In this document: one piece after another, positions 1 through 12,670 of the stretch
Position numbering within the stretch: the stretch's first letter is position 1
How the letters are laid out: the number at the start of each line of letters is the position of its first letter
Assembly (NCBI RefSeq): GCF_009914755.1
Contig: NC_060929.1
Reading direction: 5' to 3' (one strand)
Source: the human T2T-CHM13v2.0 reference genome, Homo sapiens
DNA length: 64,000 nucleotides
Notes under the pieces: model-generated
The model's input: the letters and a program-made list of their open reading frames with translations, nothing else
Database searches by the model: none
What the model was told of the DNA's origin: nothing
Translations under genes and position numbers: made by a program

Positions 1-173
1 AGTCCCTCAGCTAGAGAGCTTCCCGCCAGGCCGTTGGAATCCCAGGTTCCACACAAGAAGAGGAGGGGCCAGGCTCCTCCCTGCTGCAAACATCATAAAC
101 TTCCCGAGGCTCCACCTCAATGGACAGGCTGGTTGGAGTTTCTCCAGGAAACCCCTCCCACCTGGCAGTCTCA
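1..173 (-). mobile_element. ERV1-class LTR 5' end (MER48-like), continuing off the window, inserted in an Alu
   Basis: Minus strand begins TGAGACTGCCAGGTGGGAGGGG...GGAGAAACTCCAACCAGCC; abuts the middle of an Alu left arm. Confidence 0.55.
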
Positions 174-231
174 CTCCCACCTTGGTCCCCCAAAGTGCTG
201 GGATTACAGGCATGAGCCACTGCACCTGGCC
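174..231 (-). mobile_element. Alu 5' fragment
   Basis: cccaaagtgctgggattacaggcatgagccactgcacctggcc. Confidence 0.85.
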
Positions 232-238
232 AGTGTGA

Positions 239-442
<204 letters not shown>

Positions 443-714
443 TAGAAGCCTAGATGGGGACTGTAGTTAGTCTAGTGCTGGGCCAGTTAAAGAGGGGCAG
501 TGAGTCTCTTTCCCATCTGAATGGAGCTGGGAAAGAAAAACTTACACAGAATAAGAGTAATCTTACGTTCCTGATTGCCTTGGGAACGATAGCATGGAGG
601 GGGTCTCCTTGAGATTTCTAGAGATGGCCAACCCTCAGACACAGCTGCATGTCCTTAGGATCCTGCAGGCTGAGCAAGTAGGTGAGGGGTCCTAAGAAGC
701 TAGGGAAAATTGCA

Positions 715-870
715 CAAGAGGGTTGGCTTCACAGGTGTGCAGTAGTATAAGGCCCAGAAGGGCTTTGCAGCTGGTTTACCATTCTGCTTCACTATCTTGA
801 AATTCTTAAACAAGGGGGCCCCACATTTTCATTAAACATTGCACCCTGCAGATTATGTAACTGGTTCTGA
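715..870. mobile_element. MER91-like hAT MITE
   Basis: atcttgaaattcttaaacaagggggccccacattttcatt...gcaccctgcagattatgtaactgg resembles MER91A. Confidence 0.5.
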
Positions 871-1124
871 TGCACAAGCCTGGAATAGGCCTACTCCTTT
901 CTCCCAGAAAACAGCAATTAAAACGACTCTCTGCTAATTCTCTCTCTTCAAGAATTAGAGTAAACTTGACTGGTTGTTCTTTCAGTGAATCAAAGGAAGA
1001 TTTCAGTGCCTTCAAAAGCGAATGAACAGAAGGAGTGGGAAATGGAAAATCACCGTTAGAACATAATAAAAATTGTAGGCAAGATCTGTCAATGGTTGCT
1101 AAAATAAGTGGGCAGAACTTTGAG

Positions 1125-1985
1125 AAAAATACTGCATGATTTCTCTTATATGAGGTTCCTACAGTAGGCAAATTCATGGAGACATAGGGTAGGTTGCCAG
1201 GGAAGAGGAAGATGGTGTTTGATGGATACAGAGTTTCAGTTGGAGAAGGTGAGTTTCACTTCTAGAAAAGGATGGTGCTGATAGTTGCACAACCATGTGA
1301 ATGTACGTAATGCCGCAGTACACCTACAAATGGTTAAAATGTTCAATTTTATGTACATCTTACCACAATAACAAAATTTTTTTAACCAAAAAATCTTTGA
1401 GAAGAAATAGGATACTTGCATAGTCTCAAAGTATCTCCCCCAAGATGTTTATTAATTACAAAGGGAAGAATGACTCTACAATGGAGAAAATTAGCAGACA
1501 CCATCTTAACCAAGTATCAAAGTTAATATTACCAGTAAGACATATTATTGTTATCAACATATATTCTTGCCAAAATGCACAATCTCAATCTAATTATGAG
1601 AAAATATCAGATGAACCCAAATCGAGTTCCATTTAAAAAAAAAAAAGTGAATGATACTTTTCAAAAGTGCGCAGGTCTTGAGAGACAGGAAAGACTGAAA
1701 ACTGTTACAAATTAGGAAAGAATAAGGGAACCTGACAACTAAATGCAACATGGAATCCTAGATTGAATCTTAGAACAGAAAAAGGACTTTAGTGGGAAAA
1801 CTGGTGAAACCTGAATAAAGCCTGTCATTCAGCTAATAGTGTTGTACCAAAGTTAATTTCCTTCATTTGATGATTGCACTATGGTTCCGCCAGATGTTAA
1901 CAGTGGGGAAGCTGGGTAAAGGATATGCAGGGTATGCTGTTTTTACAACTTTTCTGTAAGTCTAACATTATTTTTAAATAAAGTT
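1125..1985 (+). mobile_element. Old L1M 3'-end fragments (L1MB- and L1MC/D-like)
   Basis: Typical L1M 3' UTR motifs (cacctacaaatggttaaaat..., ctaaatgcaacatggaatcctagattgaatcttagaacagaaaaaggac). Confidence 0.7.
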
Positions 1986-2206
1986 GGTTTTTATTTTAAG
2001 TGGACAAAGTATAAAAATAAAGTGACAGTGAACTGGGACTCTAACATCATACCTAGGGTCCCAGTCCTCTCCCTGCTACTTACTAGCTGTGTGATCTTGT
2101 GCAAGTTACTCAGCTTCTCCAAGCCTGTTTCCTTATCTATAGAAATGGAGGGAATATCAGAATCCACCTCTTAGGGTTACTATAAGGATAAAATGAGATA
2201 CTACCT

Positions 2207-2501
<295 letters not shown>

Positions 2502-3224
2502 TAGTTAGCACTTAATAAATAATAGCTTATGGAAAAAAGATGAGAGAAAAATAAATTTGGGGCTGCAATGCAGTGATTTTGGGTGATTTCTTAGGGCTTG
2601 ACCTACCCACCCACCTAAGTCCTGGGTCACTTACTCCAGGAGACTGTAGTACAGCACACATTTTTCTGAGAAATCATTTGGTCACCTCTATTTTGAGAAA
2701 CAGAGTTATTCTTTATGCCAAATGGTTAGCAGTGATTAGCTCCAAGTGGCGGGATTTTTTTTTCTTTTTTGTTTATCTGTATCTTCTAGTTTTCCAATAA
2801 TGAGCATATCTTATGGGAAAAAAAAGATTTGGGATATGTGTGTCTCCATGGCCTCTTCCCACCTGTCCAAAAGCACTAAATGTTCTTTTAGCTGGGAACA
2901 AAATCAAAACAAGCAGTGAAAGCCCTTGCTTATCAGGCGAGGGCAGTGGCTCCCCAGAGAACACCAGTTCCTGGGAAGCCCATGAAGAGACCTCAGGGAA
3001 GCGCTCTCCGATGGGTCTGGATGGCCCCTGCTCGCCCTGGCTGAGAAGCTTCTACCTCCTCCAAGAAACAAAATGAGGAATGAGCTCCCCTCAGCCTTTC
3101 CCTCCACCTGAAAAACTCCATTCTGAGATGGGGAGGCAACTTGATTCTGAGTTGGGAGAGGTTGCAAAGATTTGGGGAGTTAGTCACCCTCATTTTACAC
3201 AGCTGAGCAAACAGAGTCTCAGCA

Positions 3225-3518
3225 AGACCCGATGCTGAAGTTGAGAACGGGCAGCCCGCAGGCTGTGTTTTGTTTAGGCAGCATAGTACATTTGTAATTT
3301 TGAGCCAATGTTTAACATTTGGAAGAAATCAAATAAAACTGCAGAAGCTCTGGCAATGCCAGACCAGCATTCCCAGATGGTAACGATTGCCCATAAATGA
3401 CTAGAAGTTCCTGTGAGATGGGCTACACTTTCTTCAGCTTGCCACAGCCTCAGTGGCAGGCTTCATTTATGTGTGTGACCTACGAGGCCTCACTGTACTG
3501 AGTTTGAGACCTTTGCTC
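3225..3518. mobile_element. hAT-Charlie element (MER102-like) interrupting a MIR
   Basis: cagcccgcaggctgtgttttgttt...tgagtttgagacc ends; MIR halves on both sides. Confidence 0.45.
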
Positions 3519-3520
3519 TC

Positions 3521-3646
3521 TCACTTGCCTGAGGCCACAGAGCTGGTTGACAGTTGAATGTGGTTAACAATCAGGTCTTCTTTCGTTGATGAGCTCTTTC
3601 TCCCACTACTCTGAAGTTGCCCACTGGGGTGTTTTACTGCCCCAGT
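3521..3646 (+). repeat. Local direct repeat A, copy 1 (copy 2 at 6351-6476)
   Basis: Ungapped hand alignment, 114/126 identical. Confidence 0.92.
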
Positions 3647-5539
3647 TCTGTTTCTCTGTGTTGCCCTTTAGTAAACCAGCCTTGCTGTGGAAAAGTGTCA
3701 TCCTCTTAGGAGACCCCTAAACTGCCCACATGGCTTTTTAAGCCTTTTCCATGCTTTGGTGCGTTGAGCCCTGCATCCAGCTGGCACATGCCCTCTTCTG
3801 GTTTCAAGGCCAGAAGAACAAATCCGAAATGTGTTGCAGAAATATCGTCTGGGTTACATACTGTGCAGGGAGAAGTGGACCTGTGGTTGCAGCAGCCTCT
3901 GCCTCTCCTTCAGTTTCCCTTGTGAACACGGATGTATGTTGTGAGACTGCTGAAGTCACAGAACGATAACACAGAAATTGTTCCCCAGCTTCTCAGTTGT
4001 CTTCCCAGTAACAAGGCACCACAGTGTGCCAGGGGACTCAGTGATCTTAGAAATAAACTCAGCGCCACTTACTCCATGTATTTTTTATTTATTTAGTACC
4101 CATCCTAAGTGAATCAGAATAAAGACATATTCCAGCTAGCCAGGCCCCCAAGAGACAGAATCAGAAAGCTGATTCTGTATTTCCGCCCTTCATTTACTTC
4201 ATGGTACACAATGACTGGAAACTTATTCCTCCGATGCTGTTCCAGAATTGAAATTCTGACCTTCTTTTGAAAAATTGCAGGATTTGCCATCACTAATCCC
4301 CCACTCCAACATGGCAGCGGTCAGACGGGGTATCAGAAGTAGCAGCTCCACCTTTACCTGGGCAGGGACATCCAATTTGCCATAGATGGACCCACTCCCC
4401 AAACTTTCTCTTCACCCCAGTTGATCTCACTTACCTGACCTGTCTGGTCTCTTTAGCCATGTGTGTTTGCAAGCCTTCAACCATTTCTGCACACTTCAAC
4501 TTAGAGCCACAGAATCTGAGTTTCAGAGAGGCAGAGCTCCAAAAATTGGAAGCATAGCCTGGGATCTCCACCTGACCATGCTCTGGTCTCCATCTAGGGG
4601 TCTTTGTGGCTAATGAGAATGAAATTGAATCCTTGGCATGAGGCTGCCTCCTGTGGACATATTCCAGCCATTACAGCCGACCCTATGGTCATCCCACCCG
4701 GCCATGCTCTGATGAATTGGCCTTGCCGATGTTCTTTTAGCCTTTATGCTGTAAAGCCATCTTTGCCTTTCAAAGGACTTTCACAGCTCTTGCATCCTTG
4801 TTCCAGGGAACTGTGTCACAGGGACCAAGAACACATGATTTGGAATAAGGAGACTTGGATTCACATCCTAAGGCCTCTTATGGTGACCTTGGGCAAGTTA
4901 CTTAACCTTCAGGGCCTCAATTTCCCCTCTCTGAATGAGGGACCATTGTACCGATCCTAAAAGATGGCTTAACCAAAACAGCACAGGAGTGGCCTAAGGT
5001 GCTTTCTGTCTCTACATAAGACTGTACTTTGATTCCTTTTGATAGCAGTGGCGGGGAAGTTGCAGGACAATGAGAGTCCAAAGCGTGTTGAAAGAGTTAC
5101 ACTCTTCTTTCATTTCCCAACAAATGCCATGTCCTGCTGTGTGCAGATACTCTGTCCCACTTTGCCTGAAGATGGGTTTCCTTCGTTCAGGGCCCACAGT
5201 GCACATAGATCCCGGTCATCATGAGCTGACTGCAGACTGCAGACTGCTTGCCCATGGCTTGTAGCCACGCCTTTGCCAACCCCATGTGATACCTCAAGGG
5301 GCCTACACTCCAAAGGATGAGGCATTCTGCTCCCACCTCTTTTTAAAACTTCTATAGCAGTTAGAGCATATAGTGGTTAAGAATGTGCACTTGGGAGCCC
5401 AGTTTCCTGGATTTGAAGTCAAGTTACTTAACTTCTCAAAGCCTCGGTTTCCATATGTATAAAATAAGAATGGCAGCAATACTGACCTCATAGGGTTTGA
5501 TAAGCATTAAACAAGTTGACACATATAAAACTGGCACAT

Positions 5540-5617
5540 ACTAATTTGGTTGAACCAGGCAAAATTGCCAATATTTGGCCCTAAAAAACAAGTAACGTCA
5601 TAGGGTTCAACCTAATA
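5540..5617. mobile_element. MADE2-like mariner MITE inside a MIR (MIR ~5365-5650)
   Basis: ~80 bp with inverted ends ggttgaacc...ggttcaacctaata. Confidence 0.55.
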
Positions 5618-5905
5618 GTAAACCCTTAATTAGTGGTAGCTCTTAGTATTGCTTTTTTCTCACCAACATAGAAACTGGAAAGCAAGTAAGCTTGTTCTCT
5701 ACCCAAAAGGGATTTGCACATGGTCTATGGTCTCCTTCCAGGGGGTAGGCGTGCAACCTCCCCTTCCCCTACCTTGCCCTTAACCTTCTGGGCCTCCATT
5801 TCTGTCAGCGTAGTCTGACAATCCTTCCACTTCTCAGAAGGGAACCTTGTCACCTGCTACTGTAAGGGTCCTAGTTCCCATGTAGATGGCCAGGAGGTTG
5901 TCTGA

Positions 5906-6205
<300 letters not shown>

Positions 6206-7364
6206 TAAGGGAGTCCCTGTGCAGAGGGGGCCGGGTGGGGGTTGGGGGAGTGGCCAGCTGCCTCCTCCAAACTAGGCCCAGTACATGTGTGAGTGGTTCC
6301 TGCAACAGGTGTCTCTCAGAGCCCCTCCTGGGCACAGGCTTTGTGCTGTCTCACTTGCCTAAGGTCATAGAGCTGGTTGACAGTTGAATGTGGTTAACAA
6401 TTAGGTCTTCTTTCATTGAAGAGCTCTTTCTACTGCTACTCTGAAGTTGCCCATTGGGGTGTTTTCCTGCTCCAGTAAAACATGGGGCATGCCATGGTGA
6501 GCAGATACCTTCCTGCCTCTTGAGTCTTCAGACTAGAGGAGGATGTGGGTGATCAATCACATGACAAATGTACCATTACAAACAGTGAATAAGGAGATGA
6601 AGGAAAGCCCACAGGGCCATGACAGTGGTAACAGTACCACCTATTCCAGTCCAAAAAGTCATGCAAACCTCAACGGAGGCTTCCTCTTTGAGGAAGTAAT
6701 GCTGGAGTTAAGATGCAAAGGATGACTAGGAATAAATAAGGCAAAAAGGCAGGAGAAGAATATTCCAGACAAGTTTCTAAGGGTTTCTCCAAGAAGTTGA
6801 TGAGGGTAAAACTAGTCGGGTGGGAAATGGTGCTGTGAAAGATAACACAGGAACAGATTGTGCAGTACTCTACAGGCCAGGGCAGGATCGTGCATTTTTA
6901 TTAACCCTGAAAGAGTTTGAGGAAAGGAGATGACATGATCAGATTGTATGTTTGTAAGGATATCCACGTATCTGAAAGCATGCCTGCAAAACAGCATACA
7001 TTTGCAGAGCACACATACGCATGACAAAGTGGAACTTGCCTCCTGCAAGGTGCACACGGCCCGGGGCCAGGCACTGAGGTAGAGACAAGACCTAATTTCT
7101 TTATCCCCACAAAGTTTCATAACCCAGTGGAAGAGTAAGGCATATATATTCACATACAAAATAAGTATGTAAGGATGCAAAAAAAATGTATTCATCTGCA
7201 GATCTTCTAGGTATCTCCAAGCCTTGGCTCAAGGCCAGTATTGAATGAGTGTGTGTTGAATGAATGAAAGGGTATGGGAGATATCCACAAATGCACCTGG
7301 ATCCACACACTAAGTGAGATAGATTTCCAGTTCTATAAAGATTTAGGAGCTTTAACACTCTTGA

Positions 7365-7692
7365 GCAGGGAGCAGCAAACTGTGGCTCACAGGCCACATC
7401 TAGTTGCTGACTGTTTTTGTAAAGCCCATGAGCTGAGAATAGTATTCACACTTTTGGGTGGTTGAGGGGAAAAAATCCAAAGAAGAATAATATTTGGTGA
7501 CAAGTGAAAATGATTTGTATTTGATAAAGTTTTATTGGAACTCGATCATGCTCATTTGTTTATTATTGTCTGTGGGTGCTTCCATGCTGCAACAGCAGAG
7601 TTGAGTACTTGCAACAGAGACCGTCTGGCTTCCAAAGCTAAAAATATTTGCTGCCTGGCTCTTTTGAGAAAGAGTTTGCTGAACTCTGCTCT
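7365..7692. mobile_element. MER58B-like hAT element
   Basis: cagggagcagcaaactgtggctcacaggccacatc...aaagttttattggaac...agtttgctgaactctg. Confidence 0.7.
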
Positions 7693-8017
7693 TGAGAAAC
7701 CAAACTGGAGGTAGAGGAGTGGAGCCCTAGAGAAAGTCCACTCTTAGTTTCTTGCCTAGTGTCATTCGGAGCAGCCACAAGCCCCTGGTTGAGCCCAGGA
7801 ATCTAGACTGAATTTTTCCCATCTATAGAAAGGAGACGGCAGTTGAATGGGAAGATGTCAGAAGAGTTTAGTACCTTTATAGTCAACCACCTAACAAACA
7901 GTGCACTTGTACCAGTGCAAACCTTCACCTGGCCAGGAAGCACTCCTGTTATCTGTGTCCCATGGAGAATAATATTAGGACCATATTAACTCTTTCCCAT
8001 CCCTATGCTTCTACTAG

Positions 8018-8105
8018 TTTTGTGCGGACTGCCATTCCTTTCACCCAAGAACCACAACGAGACAAACCTGCCAACGTCCAGCCTTATTACCTCTATGGAT
8101 CCAAG
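8018..8105 (+). CDS. CYFIP2: CYFIP2 coding exon (~aa 862-891)
   Basis: ctag|T TTT GTG...TCC AAG|gtaagt; [29 protein letters not shown]; 88 nt; phase fits previous exon. Confidence 0.96.
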
Positions 8106-8216
8106 GTAAGTAGTCCTGCCCTACCCTGCCTAGAAGAGGGTTGGTGAGAAAAAGCAAATAGAAAAGTGTCTCTTAATTAGAAGAGTAAGAAGGTGCAGAG
8201 ATAAAGGCAGCAATGA

Positions 8217-8505
8217 GGTCAGGCACAGTGGCTCATACCTTTAATCCCAGCACTTCAGGAGACCGAGACCAGTGGATACTTCAGGCCAGGAATTTGAGAA
8301 CAGCCTGGACAACATAGCGAGACCCTGTCTCTACCAAAAAAATAAAAAATAAAAAATTAGCTAGACATGGCGGCATGCACCAGTAGCTACTTGGAAGGCT
8401 AAGGCAGGGGGATCCTTTGAGCCCAGGAGTGTTATGCTGCAGTGAGCATGATTGTACCACTTCGCTCCAGCCTGGCTGACAGGGCGAGACTCTTATCTCT
8501 AAAGA
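8217..8505 (+). mobile_element. AluJ-type SINE with TSD aaaggcagcaat
   Basis: Dimeric Alu; flanking direct repeat at ~8203 and ~8514. Confidence 0.9.
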
Positions 8506-8544
8506 GAAAGGAAAAAGGCAGCAATAAGATCCAGGCAGAAACAG

Positions 8545-9811
8545 CTGTGAGTATATGAATCTTTATTTGTTCACAAGTAGCAGGAATGGGGGCAAAAGTC
8601 TGGGTGCCGAGCAGGGAATGCATGAGGTAGGCAAGGGAATAGGGATGTGGGGCTTCTCGTCTTGGCTTCTCAGCTCCTGCTGTTTCTTAGTTGATTCACT
8701 GCAGTGTCGTCCTGTGATTCTGGGATTTTGTGCTCTATAGATATAAGAGGGTACTGGGAAGGTCTTGGATGATGCTTGGAGAGTACAGGCGTCTTCTCCA
8801 GAACAGCCTGCCTAGTCTGGTCAAGACAATTTTCTCAAATCAAGGGAAGCTGACTGACAGCATTTGAGGTGGTTCACAGACATGGCATTTAACTAACACT
8901 GACTCGCAAAGTAAAAACAGCACTTCCCTTTTCGATTCTCTTTCAAACCTTATGCTATATCAAGGAGAAAGACAAATATTGGTGCTAATATGTCTTTATT
9001 ACCTCTCCAACACTGGATCTCCCTTTTTATCAAAGACAAGCAAGCAGGCATTAAGCTCAGAATCACTGGCAGGCAATAGAAGCTAAGTCAGATTATTTAA
9101 TATTATCTTGTTTTCATGATGTTTATTCTTATGTCTCTTCCCTTCTGTTTGCAGCAGGAGGGTGCTGGTTTTTCACTTATGGAGTAATATAAGGCTGTCT
9201 TTGAAAATAAGTTTACGCTTAAAAAATGAGTCAATTTAAAGGAAAGTATTATTAATAATAGTGAAGATAATCCATGGTTTTAAAAAATAGAGAGCGGTGG
9301 TATGTGATTGCCTAAAAGTTGGAAAACACTCCAGAGCAAGGGTTCTCACAAATTATTTCCAAATAATCCCAAATTATTTCCAAATAATCCCCTCAAGGGC
9401 AGAGGAAACTGGACATCTACCTTTGCCCAAAAGTGTACCTCTGAGAGCCTACTTGTAACTCAAGTGTTTCCTTCAAGTGCTGTGTTTTATTTAAGTCATG
9501 CAAATTTTTGCTTTCTACTTTATAACATATCCATGTTTGTTTTAATGTTAAAACAATGCTTTCAATTCTTAACTGTGTCCTCCGAGTGGACGCTGCTGCT
9601 GAGATGCCTCGTTTGTGCCTTGGCATACCCTGGGGGATACATTTTCCAGCTTGAGAAGCTTTGTCATGGGGCATTCATCCAACCCAGGTGACCTACAATA
9701 GCAGTGACGTTTGATGGGAGAGAAATGGGTAGTCTATAGACACATTTGTACAAACGACCTACTGTGTGGAAAGCTTTAGGCTACATGATGCGGGCGCTCT
9801 CCTCCCCACTC
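8545..9811 (-). other. FNDC9: Probable FNDC9 3' UTR with minus-strand AATAAA at 8562-8567 (others at 8995-9000 and 9122-9127)
   Basis: TTTATT hexamers on + downstream of the FNDC9 stop codon. Confidence 0.6.
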
Positions 9812-10486
9812 TCATTCCCCACAATGAGGCAGTATAGCGGGTGGGTCACCACCCCCCCTCTGTAAGGCACCCGCATCAGGGGCATCCTGGTTGGCTTCGG
9901 GATCCAGTTCAGCTCCATCTCTGGAGTTCTTGCGTGGCATTTCCACCAGGGGGAGCCCCTGCAGGTCTTCCTCCCTCTGACCAAGATCCGGGGCCTCCTC
10001 TGGCCATCTCACCAACCCATTGGCCTCCTCCATGTGGCCAGCCCTGTAAGACCATCGCGGCTCATGGCAACGGACACACCAGAACTGGAGGCAGATGAAG
10101 GCCAAGACGGCTGTGAAGCAGGCCAGCAGAATGGCCATCAGCACCCAAAGGGAGATCTGGGGGTCTACCAGGGAGCTTCCAGGAGCCAGCGGACTCTTAT
10201 CCAGGGTGTGGAACATGGTGCAGTAGTGCCTGTAAGGGAAGGCAGCCTTCTTACAGCTGATGCACAGGAAGTAGAGAGTGGAAGGGGCAAGATGTTCCAG
10301 CACCACGGAGCTGATCGTTCGAGGCACCTTCTCCTCGTGGTGGAAGCTGTAGCGAAGATAGCCAGAGAAGATGCTGTTCCAGTTGGGCCTGTACATAATA
10401 TGGTAATAGTCCTCCAGGCAGGGCTCCGAGGACGACCAGGAGATGATGGCTCCTGTATAAGAAATGTTCCCCACCTCGATGTTCAT
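9812..10486 (-). CDS. FNDC9: FNDC9 (C5orf40): fibronectin type III domain plus single TM helix, 224 aa, one coding exon, nested antisense in a CYFIP2 intron
   Basis: MNIEVGNISYTGAIISW...LEHLAPSTLYFLCI (FN3 signatures W and LxPxTxY), hydrophobic ISLWVLMAILLACFTAVLAFICL, acidic tail; ATG lies 7 nt after the acceptor ttctggttccag|aatcgggATG (exon starts 10493). Confidence 0.93.
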   Translation of the reverse strand: MNIEVGNISYTGAIISWSSSEPCLEDYYHIMYRPNWNSIFSGYLRYSFHHEEKVPRTISSVVLEHLAPSTLYFLCISCKKAAFPYRHYCTMFHTLDKSPLAPGSSLVDPQISLWVLMAILLACFTAVLAFICLQFWCVRCHEPRWSYRAGHMEEANGLVRWPEEAPDLGQREEDLQGLPLVEMPRKNSRDGAELDPEANQDAPDAGALQRGGGDPPAILPHCGE

Positions 10487-12490
10487 CCCGATTCTGGAAC
10501 CAGAATCAAAGTGAAGAGTGACATCCCCTGATTTAAGTATGTATTTATCATAATCATAGCCACCATTTATTGCACATTTGAGACGGGCACTCATGTTGCC
10601 CTCATCTTACAGACAAAGAAATGGAGGCCGAGAGGTTCTGTTATTTAGGCATAGCGAAAAAGTGGCAGGACAAAAGTTAAAACTGGGGCTGTCCCATGCC
10701 AAAGTTCAGGCCTAAGAACAGATGCACCCATGCAATCCCAGCCACATCCCACCCTAGCTGAGATCCTTCAGATAACAAAGGGGATTTTCTTAAGGGGATT
10801 GTTCTCATCCCCTTAAGAAAAAAGAAGAAAAGGTAAGGAGAAATCAGTAGAACCTCAGAGGCTCCACCTTTATTCTCAGGTCTGTGACCTCCCCTCAGGC
10901 AATTGATTCACCTCAATTTTCCTTCTTGACCTCCTGTTTCTGCTCCAAGTACTGTGAGCTCAGTGATCTAGAACATTCTGCCCACTGCTTTTTTTAGCCT
11001 CCTGGTTCTGTTGCCCATGGTGAGTGGAAATTCGCTTCGTCACTCTTTGGCAGCTGATCTCACCCCAAAGCTTCTGCTCTTGTTTTGTTTGTTTGTTTTT
11101 TCAAAGCCAGCGGTACCAGGAAATTTATTTTATGGGTGAAGATAATCAGCCCCTAATATCAGCATAACTACCACTATTTAATTCTGCTGTTATTATGAAT
11201 GTTAATCATGGTAATAACCACTCACAGTAAGTGGTTGCTATGTCACTTGTCATGCTAGATGATTCACAGGCAGTAATTAATTTCCTTTATTCTTCATCAC
11301 ATCCTCTGAGCTAGATTCCCATTTTACGGATGAGCAACCTGATGTCACACCGCTAATACGTAGAAAAAGGACTTAGTGCCGCCTAACCACTACATTTCCT
11401 AATGCAAGGCTGCCGGGTTTAGTTACAGACGTTATCGCAAAATGAGGTGCCAGGACTGAGACCCAGTTGCTGTTTTTCCAGACAAATCAAATGAGCCCTC
11501 TTTAGATTGCCAGGCCCCGCTTTGATAAGAGAGAGCCATCTTCAAGTATTTTAGTTTCTCTCATGCAGTTCCCTCTACTGATTGCCCCTGATCAGAAATA
11601 CAGAGACAGTCATAGTCAGCCTACGCATATTCACATAACAGTCTCACCCTGCTTTGTCTTCCGCCTCTCCTCCCTCACATGAAACCCCGTAGGTTTCATT
11701 TTGGGTTGCAGTGACATAGTAAACAGCTGTCAACTGGATTTTCGCCTGCATTGGATATTAAGCCAAACCAATGGCTATTATGACCTGCCTTTCTCTCACC
11801 TCTGCTTTCCCCCATCCTCTTGTGTTTGTGCCCATTTTCCTCCAGGAGTGGAGCTGCAGAAAGGTGCACAGCATTGAGTAGTTTCTTAATCCTTGTTTTT
11901 CTTCTGTAAGGGTAACAGTGAACTAAGATACTCAGGAAGGTGAATAGTGTCTTTCTATGTGGCTGAATATTTCTTCCCAGTAAATAGGGAACGAAAGGGA
12001 TGAGACGGATGTGCTCAGACCCTTCCAGGGAAGGTCATCATGAAGGAGACCGAATGTTTATGTTTCCTAGCTTGGTGTCCTCTACACACTCATCCTCCCC
12101 ACACCACACATCACTATAAATACACTTTCGACCACGATGAAAAGAGCTTAATTCATTATAGGCAGCCACCTGTGTAAAACCTTTCCATCAGGAGTAATCA
12201 GGAATCCTGTTTCTTGTCACGCACAAATGTTCTCTTGGCTTCCTATCTGCCACTAGCTGTCTGTACAGATGGAATTACCTCAGCAGACATTTTTAAGAGC
12301 TTTCTGTCAAGACGCAAATAGCATCCTCACCTTTTAGGACCAGGTCCGTCTCCCTTATTGATTTTTCTTCCTCTGTTTCCGTTTCTAAATTCTCCCCTAT
12401 TTTTAACTATTCATTTGCCCGGCCCTTCTCCAAGCAGAGTGTGAAAAGAAGCCATTTCCATTTCCAAGAAGAGCCATCTATATGTCTTAC

Positions 12491-12670
12491 CTGATGCTTG
12501 CAGCGTGTCTGGTTAGAGCTCTGCCCTCCGAGGTGCAGTAGATTAAAGCTGAGAGAATGGGGCCTTCTCCCTCCTCTGCTCTGGGCTTTCCGTGTTGTTT
12601 CTCTCAACACTGAGTAATCCCACTGCCGCCCCTAATGCTCACATTATTCATTTCTTCAGATCAGCATCAT
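12491..12670 (-). other. FNDC9: Probable FNDC9 non-coding first exon (5' boundary uncertain)
   Basis: Strong minus-strand donor CAG|GTAAGA at 12491/12490 pairing with the acceptor at 10493; GC box near 12625-12632; TE-poor region. Confidence 0.6.

Noticed and set aside
9841-10531. Plus-strand ORFs of 85 and 165 aa
   Set aside because: Antisense shadows of the GC-rich FNDC9 CDS with no recognisable protein features
10487-10594. 260-aa ORF start as the canonical FNDC9 N-terminus
   Set aside because: A splice acceptor lies 7 nt upstream of the ATG at 10486, so the extension is intronic; kept only as a hypothetical isoform
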